NCBI GenBank assembly: GCA_035084275.1
Contig: CM068769.1
Location: 744,001 to 808,000 of the forward strand
From: Hydrolagus colliei
Taxonomy: Eukaryota
DNA length: 64,000 nt
Direction of reading: 5' to 3'
Shown here: one piece after another, positions 24,321 through 35,968 of the stretch
Layout of the letters: each line of letters starts with the position of its first letter
Numbering within the stretch: the stretch's first letter is position 1
Notes under the pieces: model-generated
Told to the model about the DNA's origin: nothing
Databases searched by the model: none
The model's input: the letters and a program-made list of their open reading frames with translations, nothing else
Program-made: the position numbers and the translations under genes

Positions 24321-25260
24321 TCTCAAGTCTTTTCTATTCGCGTCAAAATGTCTTTTTGATGTACAGTGGGAAATCAGCTACAGGCTGATAAATGTTTGCA
24401 AATTTTTGTGGAACGCAGTTAGCCATGCAGATTATAAGTAGATTCTCAGTGACACCTTCACACACTTCTCACTTCCTGTGTGTTTGCTTCTGCAGAATTC
24501 ATTCGCCAATTGGCTAGCCACTTGCTGCTGGTTAGCGGAGGTTTGCATGTGTGTGAAGTTAGCAAACGTGACTAATGTTTCTCCCACCCTAATTGGTTCC
24601 CAATCAGGCGAGATTTTGGACAAATATATTTACTCCATACACACACACCTTATTTAAGTTTAGAATAAGGAGGAAACCGCAGCTTAGTCCATTGGTGGTT
24701 CACTTTGCTGGGGATAATATTCCCCATCTCCAAAATGTTCTACATCAAAGGCAAGCAACACTAAAGTAATCATTAATATTGATAGTATAATTACTACCAT
24801 TATTATTAATATCGCTGTCCAGTCATCTATGTAATTATTCGGACGCCTTGAAGCATGTAAACAATATAATTCTTCTGCACCTAAGTTTAATTAATTGTTG
24901 TCAGTTTTGTCGTGTTCCCAATCTACACTGAAACAATCTACCTTACAGTAGTTACCAAAATCTAATGCAATTGTTAACAAAGTGAGATCCGCTAGAATGC
25001 GGATGCTTATGTTGGAGAAAGACAATAACATGAATATATGACATCCCCATTACCTTTTCGAGCAACCTAAGCCTTGCGATTGTCATGGTTACGATTTAGA
25101 CAAACCTTTGAACATTTCAGCAGAAGCAGCAATAATACGCAGGATTTAACCAATGTGGACTGTAATAGGAAGCACCTGTTATAGCTGTCAAGGTAGATTG
25201 ACACAGAATAGAACGTGGCAAGCTGTGTCAATTGCAGATGGTGTTATATGTGTGTTTTGT

Positions 25261-25274
25261 CTGCCATCTGCTGG
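25261..25274 (-). promoter_or_regulatory. CTCF-like motif CCAGCAGATGGCAG
   Basis: Strong match to the CTCF core consensus. Confidence 0.6.
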
Positions 25275-25664
25275 TGAACTGTAGCTACTGCACGAGCATA
25301 ATTTAAAAGCAAGAGTTTTTTTTTGGGCCCTACATAAAGTTCCTGGTCCTATTGTCTCCAATGGAAATTGACAGCTTAGTTCCATTTACTTGCTTTTTCC
25401 TCGTATTGTCTGTGCTTTAATGGGACACTCGAATTCATTCTCATTCACAGTCTCTTACTATGACATATCCCTGATAATTGTTTCTCCACTTTAATTCTAT
25501 TCCTTGCTCTGATCCTGTAAACGTTGATTATATTCTGCTTCACCTTGAGCTGGCATTCACCGTTTACATGACAGCAGCACAATAGTTACATGTGTGTGGC
25601 ACTATTCATTTCGCGATGATGTCACAATGCAGTGTATTTACTACTACATCAACAAAAGAATCAC

Positions 25665-26170
25665 ATTTGAGACGTCCTCCCGATGTGACAGGCGCTATGT
25701 AAGTACAATTTTGTTGCTGTTGTTCACGTCGGATGGACGTCCGAAGCCGCTGACCAGTCAGCTCGAGAACTGAGCAATGGAGAGTGCAGCGTCTTGGGGA
25801 GGGTTGTGAGAGAGGTGACACTGGAGGGCGAGAGTTAGCAGCGAATGGACAGAGCGAGTAGGGCAGGAGAAGGCACGGTCGAAGAGTAGCGTCTTGAGAC
25901 CGACATTGAAGGAGGCTATGGAGGTAGGGAGCTAGTCAGTCGAAGGGACTGTGGGAAGGAGATCCAGAGAGCAGCGAATGAAAATCCGTCCATCGATAAT
26001 AGGGCGGGTCAGGCGGGGGACAAGGAGCAGATCAGATCCCACTGAACGGAGGGGGAACGGAGGTTAATAGGAGGACAGCAGATCGGCGAGTTGGTGGTGG
26101 GTAGGGGTGGCTAGGGGTTGGATCGTGAGGCTGGCAAGGCCGTGAATGGCCTTAAAGGTGTGGAGGAGGA
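25665..26170 (-). mobile_element. Degraded L2 3' fragments
   Basis: L2-type tail and 3' region similar to 29950-30400. Confidence 0.5.
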
Positions 26171-26690
26171 TTTTGAATTCGAAAACTTCATGCTAATTGA
26201 CAAACAATCTGCATTTTTATTTTTGTGACATAAATAATAACCTTTGTCCTCAAATCCTATTGCCTCGTGGACCAACACAATCATGTCTTCAGTGACTGTT
26301 CTTTTTCGAACCATTGATTGAACCTTTTGTATCTGCACGTCCAGATCTGGTGTCACCTCTAAGCCACAGATGTCAAGCAAAGCATTGTTCATCGAACAGC
26401 CCAACAAACCAGGACCTTTGAAGTTATGTCAGTGACAATAATATGATTATGCTTTATACACAAATTAATGCTAGCGTTTGACTACGCACCATATCACATA
26501 TTTTACAGTAATGTTTACCAATGGAAAAGGAATGTACAAGTCAACTAACAAACAGGTTTGAACTTAATACTGGGTAAACGGTGCAGATTAAGAAAACTTC
26601 AACAAAGATTCGTTCTGCATGGAATTGAACCCAGGTTCCTCGCTGGCGATATGAGTGCTCTAAAAACTGAGCTATATGATTACACTTGGC

Positions 26691-26729
26691 AGTTTTTGTA
26701 AGTCGGAAGCGCTGATCTGTGTCTCTGTG
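26691..26729 (-). other. 23-RSS of V9: CACAGAG, 23 bp, ACAAAAACT
   Basis: Follows YYCAMS. Confidence 0.9.
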
Positions 26730-27574
26730 GGGCTCATTGCACAGTAATACACCGCCGAGTCATTAACTCTCACTTCAGTTATATTTATCGGTACAGTTCT
26801 TCCCACTTCATCCAGCATCGTTGAGAATCGTTTGTTTGTAAAGTCGGCATATTGTGGTCTATTGCTAGTGGACGTCGAAAGGATATATTCTGGGGCTGTG
26901 TTTGGATAATGACGGTACCAGAACAGATAAAGAAAGCTTGTGCCTGTAGCTGTGTAATTACACCTCAGATACACATCCTCCCCTTCCTTCACTGTCACGG
27001 TAGATTGGAGCTGCGTCACAGAGTCTCCTCCACAATGTCCTGGAAATCAGACACACGTCAGCGTTCAGCAGAATAACAGCAATAACAAGAATAATGTCGG
27101 CATATGACAAAACTACATCTTGCGTCTTCATGTTAATTGAACGTTAACTACTGATTGTAGTTTAACGTATACTGTCGGTTTACTTTACGGTCGAAACGTA
27201 GTAGACATTTGTACACAAAAGTGTTCCACAAACAGTCGTGGATTGAGTAACTGTTTTAACATTATCAGTTTCACATATTGACAGATAATTACCCCCCAAT
27301 AAAGCAATCGGCGAACGGACCATATTCGAAATTACTTCCCAGGAATCACAGCAATGCATGATGAGTGACAAAATTTGCCTAATGTTTCGCGCTGTCCCGG
27401 CCGTGGAAGGATCCCAGATACTCTCGATTGTGACAGCTCTGTAAAGCTTGTTGTGTATTCATTATGTTAAGCAATAAACACTGGGCTGGATAATAAGTGC
27501 AGTTGGCTGACTATACAATGAGTGTATGGCTTACCTGACAAGGCAATGATGGCTGCTGCCACGTATATATACAT
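26730..27574 (-). CDS. TRAV/DV: V9 (family B), apparently functional: leader 27574-27535, V exon 27039-26730
   Basis: MYIYVAAAIIALS-G|HCGGDSVTQLQS...YLRCNY...LFWYRH...DSAVYYCAMS. Open frame with all core residues. Confidence 0.92.
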
Positions 27575-27854
27575 TGCCGTGTATATGTAAAGGGCGCTGA
27601 TAGTTTAGTTGGAGAATGTAGGCCGGGAAGCGGTAATATACCGTGAGGAGAGCTGAACACTAAATGAAAAAGAGGGAGCAGGTCTGAGGTTTATGTACAA
27701 ACCTTGTGTCTCTGTCAATGTGCGTCATATTCTCTGCTCTGCCATCTCGCTCCTCCATTGGTTCTCTGCCATCACTGACATGTCTTTGATCCACCGGGTG
27801 TATGACACGTAGCAACATGGTTATTATTCAACCAGTGAGTACCAGTTACGTTGA

Positions 27855-28165
27855 CTCCATGCTTCAACTCGGTGTTCAGAGCACTAGCTTTTCAAGTGTG
27901 TGTTCGAATCCACGCAGATCAGGGCGAAAGCTTGGACAAGTTTCATTACACCACACACACGCCTAGTACTAATCCGTGCAACAAAACCCACCACAATAAT
28001 AGAATTGGTGATTTCAATCCACGATTGTTTGTGGGTCTGGCAGCCGCATTTCGCCCGCAAATATACAGTCAGTTCACTTCACAGTGTACTCTGTGAAGCA
28101 CTTTAAGACTTCGATAAGATGTGAAAAGCGTCTGTATCAAGTGCAATAATTCTTCTTATTATTAT
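27855..28165 (+). mobile_element. Full-length DeuSINE
   Basis: Head with gttcgaatcc B-box, Deu-like core and L2-type tail. Confidence 0.75.
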
Positions 28166-28738
28166 TAATTAATGTTTCCTTTCCAGCGACATCATTATCT
28201 TGTTAAATAAGTGACTCGAAACACGTCTGTCTGTGGGACAATGCTGTTGTGTACGATTGGTTGACAATCGAGTGATAATGTTTCTTGAATGGATTACCAT
28301 CCTACAAAAGGCGACATGCTAATTGACTATTAAATGGGTCCCTATTCACACTTCGGCAAACAGACAACAATACTAATAATCTATGCGTTCGATATAGTGC
28401 CTTACCACGTCATCGAGACGTCGAGGAGCGCTTCCCTGGTTGTAATGTGCTTTGCGTTTTACTTTATATGTTATCGGATAAATGCGGCACATACCTGCGC
28501 ACAACAGTCTCTCACAAAAAGTCGTTGATTGAAGTGATCATTTTAATTTGGAATTATGACACGCGGAAAAGCCATCGACTATTAGAATAATAAACTGATT
28601 CCTATTCAATCCTATGTACTCAGAAGCGTGTGGTGCTAGAAAACAATGACCGAGTTTTGTGCCTGCTGGGATACGAACCAGCAAACTTATCGTTTGTGAA
28701 ACGAGTGCTTTAATCATTGAGGTACAGCAACCTCAGCA

Positions 28739-28777
28739 TGATTTTGTACAGGCTCCTCTCGGACACCCAGCACTGTG
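28739..28777 (-). other. 23-RSS of V10: CACAGTG, 23 bp, ACAAAATCA
   Basis: Follows YFCAAG. Confidence 0.9.
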
Positions 28778-29240
28778 TTCCCTGCTGCACAGAAGTAATT
28801 GGCCGTGTCTGTCACTCGCACGTCTCTGATTGTCAGTGTGCTGTTCTTCTCTTTTGTATCAGCCAAAGCACTTATCCTCTGCTCCGCCTTTACGCCTCTT
28901 TTTCCCAACACAAATAACCCTATGGAGCCGTTTCCGTACTGTTTGTACCATTGGAAGTTGCGGACTTCTATATTGGTCCTGCACTCTATAAACACATTTC
29001 CAATTTCGTTCTCTGCCATTGCCAGAGGTGTCTGTGTCACTTCGCTTTCAGCCAAAACACCTGGGAAGTACAAATGAAGAATCTAGGAGAGCAATTTGGG
29101 GAAAACAAACACCACCATCGACAAAATTTATGGTTTCGCACTAAAGCAAAGGTATGATTCTCCCAATAAATAGTTTACTTACATAGCAGTGTTGTCATTG
29201 AATTTACAAATATATATAATGGATTGAAATTCGGCTTCAT
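28778..29240 (-). CDS. TRAV/DV: V10 (family A), apparently functional and the most upstream V seen: leader 29240-29183, V exon 29060-28778
   Basis: MKPNFNPLYIFVNSMTTLL-C|VLAESEVTQTP...IEC...FQWYKQ...DTANYFCAAG. Confidence 0.9.
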
Positions 29241-29339
29241 TCTCTGGTTGAAAGGTAACGAGCGTTCGGCAAGGTTGACTGGATTCTTTAGCTGTGCAGA
29301 TGGTAATTATATTCTCGATCACGCCTTCACCCACAGCTG

Positions 29340-29357
29340 ACTTCCGGCATGTTTGCT
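29340..29357 (-). promoter_or_regulatory. Family-A promoter module: ETS site plus forkhead-like TGTTTGC
   Basis: acttccggcatgtttgct here, acttcctgtgtgtttgct at 24471 and atttcctgtatgtttgct at 12736. Confidence 0.6.
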
Positions 29358-29946
29358 TGTTGTAAATTGTGCATTCATTAGTAGACTTTCATCAGTGCTC
29401 ATGCTTACTGCTGGGTAAACAGTGCCATGTCTGTGGATGAAAGTAACCCAGTCTTTCTGCTTAGTCGAGCAGGGAATACAAGTCCATATATGCACTTACC
29501 AATGCCAATCTCTGGGTGAGCGTCACGACAGTTGGAATTCAAAACTTTCCTATTGCTATAACCACCCCATTCGTCAGGGTTTTGGCTTGCAGGATTAATA
29601 GGAGCAGAGTGGAATGACTCCACGTCAATTCTGACTTGTCTGCTCGTCGAGGTCCTACTGATGAACCAGCCTGGTCTACCCTGTCATCCGCAGTATCGTG
29701 AAGTACTGCGAACCTGTCTACCTAAACAACATGTCTACCACTGCAACTGGACTAGAGACCGTCACAGATAGTTGGATAGATTCTGATATTCCGTTACAAA
29801 ATTCAAGATAATCTGCCGTGAGAACTGCTTCCCTCCCACAAGTAGGAGAAGTGATTTTACTCAGAACATTGTGGACGTTTACATAGTGCAACTGCACCCT
29901 CTTTCGGCAGTAAAGCGCTACTAGGCATTTTCATTTTTAATTGAGT

Positions 29947-32900
29947 AACAACAACAACAACAACAAATTACACTTATAAAGCGACTTTCACGTCGGGGAG
30001 ACGTGCCAAGGCGCTGCACAGGAGGCGTGTGATCGGAGCTGGCAGGGGATTGCACGAGGAGGGGTGAAACACTTAGGGGAGGTCGAAAAATTCTGGGTGG
30101 AACAAATGGAACGGTCGAAGAGGAAAGTCTTCAAACCGGTCTTGAAAGAGGAAAGGGAAGAAACGAGACGGAGAGATTGAGGGATGGAATTCCGTAAGCT
30201 GGGAGCGGAAAAACTGAAGGCCCGGCCTCCGATGGTGGGGCGTTTCGGGCGGGGGGCTTTAAGCAGGCCAAGTCCTGCTGAACGGAGGGTCCGGGTGGGC
30301 TTGTTGGAGGAGAGTAGGGTCGTTAATTAGGGCGGGGCAAGGCCATGTAAGGACTTGAAGATGAGGACGATGATCTTGAATTTGATCCTCTGGAGGATGG
30401 GGAGCCAGTGGATACGTCGAGGGTGGGGGTTATATGGTCGCGAAGGCGGGATAATACACGGGCTGCAGAGTTTGGGATGACGTGCAGCCTATGAATGGAG
30501 GACCTGGGGAGGCCGACGAGGAGAGAGTTTCCGTAGTCCTGCCTACAGGTGATGTATGTGCTCACGAGTAATTCGGCAGCGTGGGGGTTAAGATAATTGC
30601 GGAGCCTGGCAATACTGCGCAGGTGGAAATAAGCGGTGCCGGTCAAGGCACGGATGTGGGGGAGGAAGCAGAGTTTTTGGTCGAACGTGATGCCGAGGTT
30701 TCTGACTGGCTTTGTGAGGTGGGGAGTACAGCCTTGGAAGTTGAGGCTGGCAGCGGCCAATATGCGGAGGCGCTGGCTTGAGCCAATCAGGAGGGCCTCG
30801 GTCTTGCTCACGTTCAATTGCAGGAAGTCCAGGACTCGATGTCGGACAGACATGCTGTCAGAATATCGATGGTCTGGGGGTTGAGGGATGAGGCAGACAG
30901 GTACAACTGGGTGTCGTCCGCATACATGTGGAAATTTACCCCATGTTTGCGGATGACATCGCCCAGAGGGAGCGTATAAATGGTGAAAAGGAGGGGGCCG
31001 AGGACAGAGGCCTGAGAGACGCCGTGAGAAAATGTGCGGAGGTTTGAGGAAAAGCCATTGGAAGATACAAAGTGTAAACGGTGCGTCAAATAAAAATGGA
31101 ACCAGTCAAGGACTATGCCTTGAAGGTTGAGGTGGGAGGAAAGACGTTGGAGGAGGATGGTGTGATCGACTGTGTCGAACGCAGCAGATAGGTCAAGGAG
31201 GACGAGGAGGCAAAGGGAGCCCTGGTCACAGGCGGTTAGGATATCATTTGTAACCTTAACTAGGGAAGTTTCTGTGCTGTGAATAGGGCGGAAACCTGAT
31301 TGGAGGGGTTCAAGAATTGAGTGAGTTGAAAGGAAAGAGCGGCGCTGGGAGGCAACCACTCTTTCAAGGACCTTGGATAAAAACGGGAGGTTGGAGATGG
31401 GTCGATAGCTTGATGGTTGCGACGCATCAAGGGATGGTTTCTTCAGGATACGGGTGATGGTGGCGGTTTGAAGGGAGCTAGGGACGGTGCCTGAGGAGAG
31501 GGAAATGTTGATGATGTCAGAAATGAACGGGTACAAAAAGTGGAGCTGGGTGTGGAGGAGGGGAGTTGGGATGTGTTCCAGTGAGCACGTGGTGGGTTTC
31601 ATGGAGGTGATTATTTTCGTGATTAAAGACGGGGAGTGGGGTTTAAAGTATGAAATGTTTGGTGGGTGTGTGTTGAAGTAACGGATGGAGGGGCGGAGGT
31701 GCAGGAGAGGTGGGTGGTGGAAAACGCTGAGCGGATTTTCTCTATTTTGGACTCGAGGAAGTCCATCATCTCCTCACAACGTTCGTTTGAGGAGAGGATC
31801 TGCAAAGCGAGACGGGGGGGGTGGAGGAACTGGTTGGTGGTGGCGAAGAGGATGCGGTGATTGTCCTTCGCATCCAGGATTATGCTGCAGTAGAAGGCTG
31901 ATTTGGCGATGGCTAGGGCGGAGCGGTAAAATTTGATGCGGTCCAGCCAGATTTGCCGGTGGACCATTAGGCCAGATTTGAGCCACGTGCGTTCACCTGC
32001 TCTCACTTGGATTTGAGTGAGCGGAGGTGAGTTGTGTACACAGTGATGATCGGGAGTGGGAGACGGTTCTGGAGGTGAGGGGGGCCAGGTGTCGAGGGTA
32101 GTGGAGAGGGTGTTATGGAGGGCGGTGGTGGCGGAGCAAAAAGAATGCCACTTTGGGAGGAGTTCGGAGGTTTCGAGGGCAGAGGTGAAAGTTTGAGGGG
32201 GAATCTTCTTCCAGTGCCGGCAGAAGATGGTGGTCGGTTTGGAGGTAGAGTAGGGAGGGATAGAGGTGTTGAAAGAAAGGAAAAAATGGTCTGAAATGGC
32301 CTTGTCGGTGATGGTGACGCCAGCGACGTTGAGGCCTCGGGTGATCACCAGATCGAGCGGATGGCCGTGGGTGTGGGTGGCAATGTTAATGTGAAGGGAG
32401 AATTTGAAAGACGAAAGTATAGAGGAGAATTCAGAGGAAATGGGGCAGGAGGGAGTGAAATGGAGGTTGAAGTCGCCAAGAATGATCAGGCGATCAGAGG
32501 AGGCACGGAGGGAGGTTAAAAGTGAAGAAACGTCTGAAATGAAAGTGGGGGAGGGTTTGGGGGGGCGAAAAACTAATAGGATATTGAAGGAATTATGGGA
32601 GGAGTGAGAGAGTGTGAGCTGTTCAAAAGAGGGGAAGGAACCGGAGGAGTAGGGCGAGGGTTGACTTTGAAATAAAGGCAACACCACCGCCACGACGGCT
32701 GGGTCGAGGGGCATGGTGGAATGTGCGTGTGGCTTCAACGATGGGGAAAGTGTCGCCTGGGGTGATCCAAGTCTCCGTCAGGGCCATGATGTCAACGCTC
32801 TCATCAAGGATGAGATTGTTGATGGCCAGGGTCTTGTTGCAGACAGAGCGGACATTTTGGAGGCGGATGCGGAAAAAACAATTGGCCGAGGGGTGTGAGG

Positions 32901-33940
32901 GGGGACTGGGTTGGTCGGCGGGGAGGGTTGGGATCTGGATAAGGGAGGAGTGGTTGACCCCCCGGGTTTGTGTCTAGTGGGGATGGCGCTGATGGTGGGG
33001 GGCAGGGCACTTGTTGTGGCTGCTGTTGGACAGCCAACGCCGAGTGCCACGGTGAGCCCGATGGAGAATTCCAAAACTGGAACAGAGGGAAGCGGTGGGA
33101 GGGTCGAGCAGGGACAGTAGGCGAGGACTGCGAAGAGAAAGAAGGGTAGAGAAGGAATAACGGAGAGTGGGGGTTGGGGGGAGAAACTTGAGGAGGGGGA
33201 GGGAAGCTCGGGTCATGGTGGCAGCTATATTGAGCACGCGGGAGACAAGGAGCGAGGGATTAATAGGGCGTCATCATCCCAAGGGATGTGAGGCCGCGGC
33301 GGGGGGCTGCAGAGGCGCTGTGGTCGGGAGCCTGGCCGGGACTGAGACCGAGACTGGGGCTGTGGGTTTCAGGGCCAATTGCCGGGGCTGCGTGGGCCCG
33401 GGCCAAGGGTCGCCGGGTAGGCTGGAGCCGTGACCGGAGCCGTAAGTCTCGGGGCTGTGGGTCTTGGAGACGGTCTTGGAGCCGGGGCTGCGGGTCACGG
33501 AGCCGTTGGTCACGGGGCTGGAGCCGGGGCAGCGGGTCCTGGGGCTGTGGCTGGGTCCGGGGCTGTGAATCTCGGGGCTGGAGCCAAGGCTGTGGCTTTG
33601 GGTCCTGGGGCTGTGGCTGGGGCCGGGGCCGGGGCATCGAGTCCTGGGGCTGTGGCTGGGTCCGGGGACGGGGCTGTGGTTCCTGGGGCTGTGGCTGAGG
33701 CCGGGGCAGTGGGTCCTGGGGCTGTGGCTGGAGCCGGGGCTGTGGGGCTTGGGGCTGTGAGTCTCGGGGCTGGAGCCACTTCTGTGGCTGTGGGTCTTGG
33801 GGCTGGGGCTGGGGCCAGGGCCGGGGCTGCGGGTCATGGGGCTGTGGGTCCGGTCGAGCAATCTCCGCCATATGGAATTCTTAAACGTTTGCTGCACAGA
33901 GGCAACTCTAGACCTGTGTGTCCCTCTCGCCGCCATCTTA
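29947..33940 (-). mobile_element. Near full-length L2-clade LINE (~4 kb): APE endonuclease plus RT, frameshifted, with a GC-rich tandem-repeat 5' region
   Basis: EN motifs (LGDFNLH, GHPLDLVIT, SDHF) in 31623-32738. RT motifs (YRPISNLPFLSKVLE, QSGFR, LDLSAAFDTVDH, YADDTQLY) in 30814-31602. (CAA)n tail at 29947. Confidence 0.95.
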
Positions 33941-33949
33941 AAAATATAC

Positions 33950-34104
33950 NNNNNNNNNNNNNNNNNNNNNNNNNNNNNNNNNNNNNNNNNNNNNNNNNNN
34001 NNNNNNNNNNNNNNNNNNNNNNNNNNNNNNNNNNNNNNNNNNNNNNNNNNNNNNNNNNNNNNNNNNNNNNNNNNNNNNNNNNNNNNNNNNNNNNNNNNNN
34101 NNNN
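33950..34104. other. Assembly gap; others at 34841-35029, 39431-39566, 50621-50754 and 57309-57752
   Basis: Runs of N. Confidence 0.99.
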
Positions 34105-35173
34105 CACAAACACACACAGACTGCGAGAGAGAGACACACACACACACAGACTGGGAGAGAGACACACACATACACACACACACAGACTGGGAGAGAGACG
34201 CACACTCACAGGGAGTGGGAGAGACTGTGGGAAAGAGAGAGTCACACACACACAGAATGGGAGAGAGAGAGACATACACATACAGACTGAGGGAGAGAGA
34301 GGAGAGAGAGAGACACACACGCAGACTGGCAGAGAGACACACACAGACTGAGAGAGAAAGACACACACACATAGAGACTGGGAGAGAGAGACACACGCAG
34401 AGACTGGGAGAGAGAGGGTGACACACACACACAGAGACTGGGAGAGAGAGAGTCACGCACACATGCACACACACAGAATGGGAGAGAGAGGCACACACAC
34501 ACAGACTGGGAGAGAGAGAGTGAGACACACACAGACTGGGAGAGGGACACACACAAAAGAAGTAGGAGAGAGAGTACCGCACACATACACAGACTGGTAG
34601 AGAGAAAGTGGGACACACACATAGACTGCGGGAGAGAGACACAAACACAGATACTGGGAAAGAGAGACACACACACACGCACACAGAGTGGGAGAGACTG
34701 TGGGAGAGAGAGAGAGAGACACACACACAGACTAGGAGAGAGTCACACACAGAGACTGGGAGAGAGAGAGTCAGACACACACACACACACGGAATGGGAG
34801 AGAGAGACACACACACACACAAACTGAGAGAGAGACACACNNNNNNNNNNNNNNNNNNNNNNNNNNNNNNNNNNNNNNNNNNNNNNNNNNNNNNNNNNNN
34901 NNNNNNNNNNNNNNNNNNNNNNNNNNNNNNNNNNNNNNNNNNNNNNNNNNNNNNNNNNNNNNNNNNNNNNNNNNNNNNNNNNNNNNNNNNNNNNNNNNNN
35001 NNNNNNNNNNNNNNNNNNNNNNNNNNNNNGACTGGGAGAGAGAGACACACACACAGAGACTGGGAGAGACACACACACACACACAGACTGGGAATGAGAG
35101 ACACACACAGACTGTGAGAGACTGGGAGAGAGAGAGACACACACACACAGACTGGGAGAGAGACACACACACA

Positions 35174-35857
35174 TGTGAAGTTGTAAGTTTTTTACTCGTT
35201 CCCAGAACCGTTGTCTTACAAACAGACCATACACCGTGGATAGGGAAATGTAAAGTTTATTTACCGACAAGAGCTAATTCCCAGAAGTCAACAGTCTCCA
35301 AGTAGACCATTGGACACTCACGAGAATGAGCTGCAGTGATCAGTAAATGCAGCCTTTTTATACATAAAAAGCAGGGGTGTGCTACAAGTACACCCAAAGG
35401 CAGTTGCAAAAATATTATCAATCACTTGGCTCCAACACACACACACAATCACTCCATGTCTCTCTAACAAGGTTAAATGTTATCTATTGATTAGTTCTTC
35501 ACATACCAAGCATTTGTCGGCTATGGTTTAGAAAAATATAATATAAAGGAGTCCCAGTTTGGAACGATTCAGGCGAAAACAAGCTTATATCCAGGTGGCG
35601 TTTGGACTAGACAACGTCACAGTTTCTTCAAGGTTTGCAGGAGTTACTGTTCCCTGTCCTGTAAAATGCTTAGATAAGGAAGCGACTGGCTTGGTGCCAA
35701 TCTGCATTCCCCAGGATTTGCCTTTTTCATTTTGTTAGTGGGTTAAAAGTATAGAAATTACATCTAGGCATAAAATGGCTAATTTCACATTTTGTTAGTG
35801 GGTTAAAAATATAGAAGTTACATCTAGGTATAAATGGCTAAATTTTACAATTTCACA
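35174..35857 (-). mobile_element. Retroviral 3' LTR (684 bp)
   Basis: Termini TGTGAAATTGTAA...TTACAACTTCACA are near-perfect inverted repeats. PPT AAAAGGAGGGAA at 35869-35858. TATAAAA at 35362-35356, AATAAA at 35261-35256. 60-bp U3 duplication. Confidence 0.85.
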
Positions 35858-35968
35858 TTCCCTCCTTTTATCATATCCCATATGATAACACCAATTATTC
35901 ATTTTTGACACTCATTTCATTTATCCCCTGCATTTCATTTTCCTCTTCCCAATATTTCTTCTCCTTTC

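Noticed and set aside
3700-29300. IgVH-like (TAILV) or NAR-TCR V segments, D, J or C exons
   Set aside because: No VH hallmarks (WVRQ...GLEW, YYCAR), no leaderless V with a CDR1 cysteine, no short segment flanked by two RSSs, and no FGxG J motif with a 12-RSS.
33260-33936. Pro/Gln-repeat ORFs in the L2 5' region as an ORF1
   Set aside because: The open frame differs between the two L2 copies and the second copy has stops. Better explained as a minisatellite 5' region.
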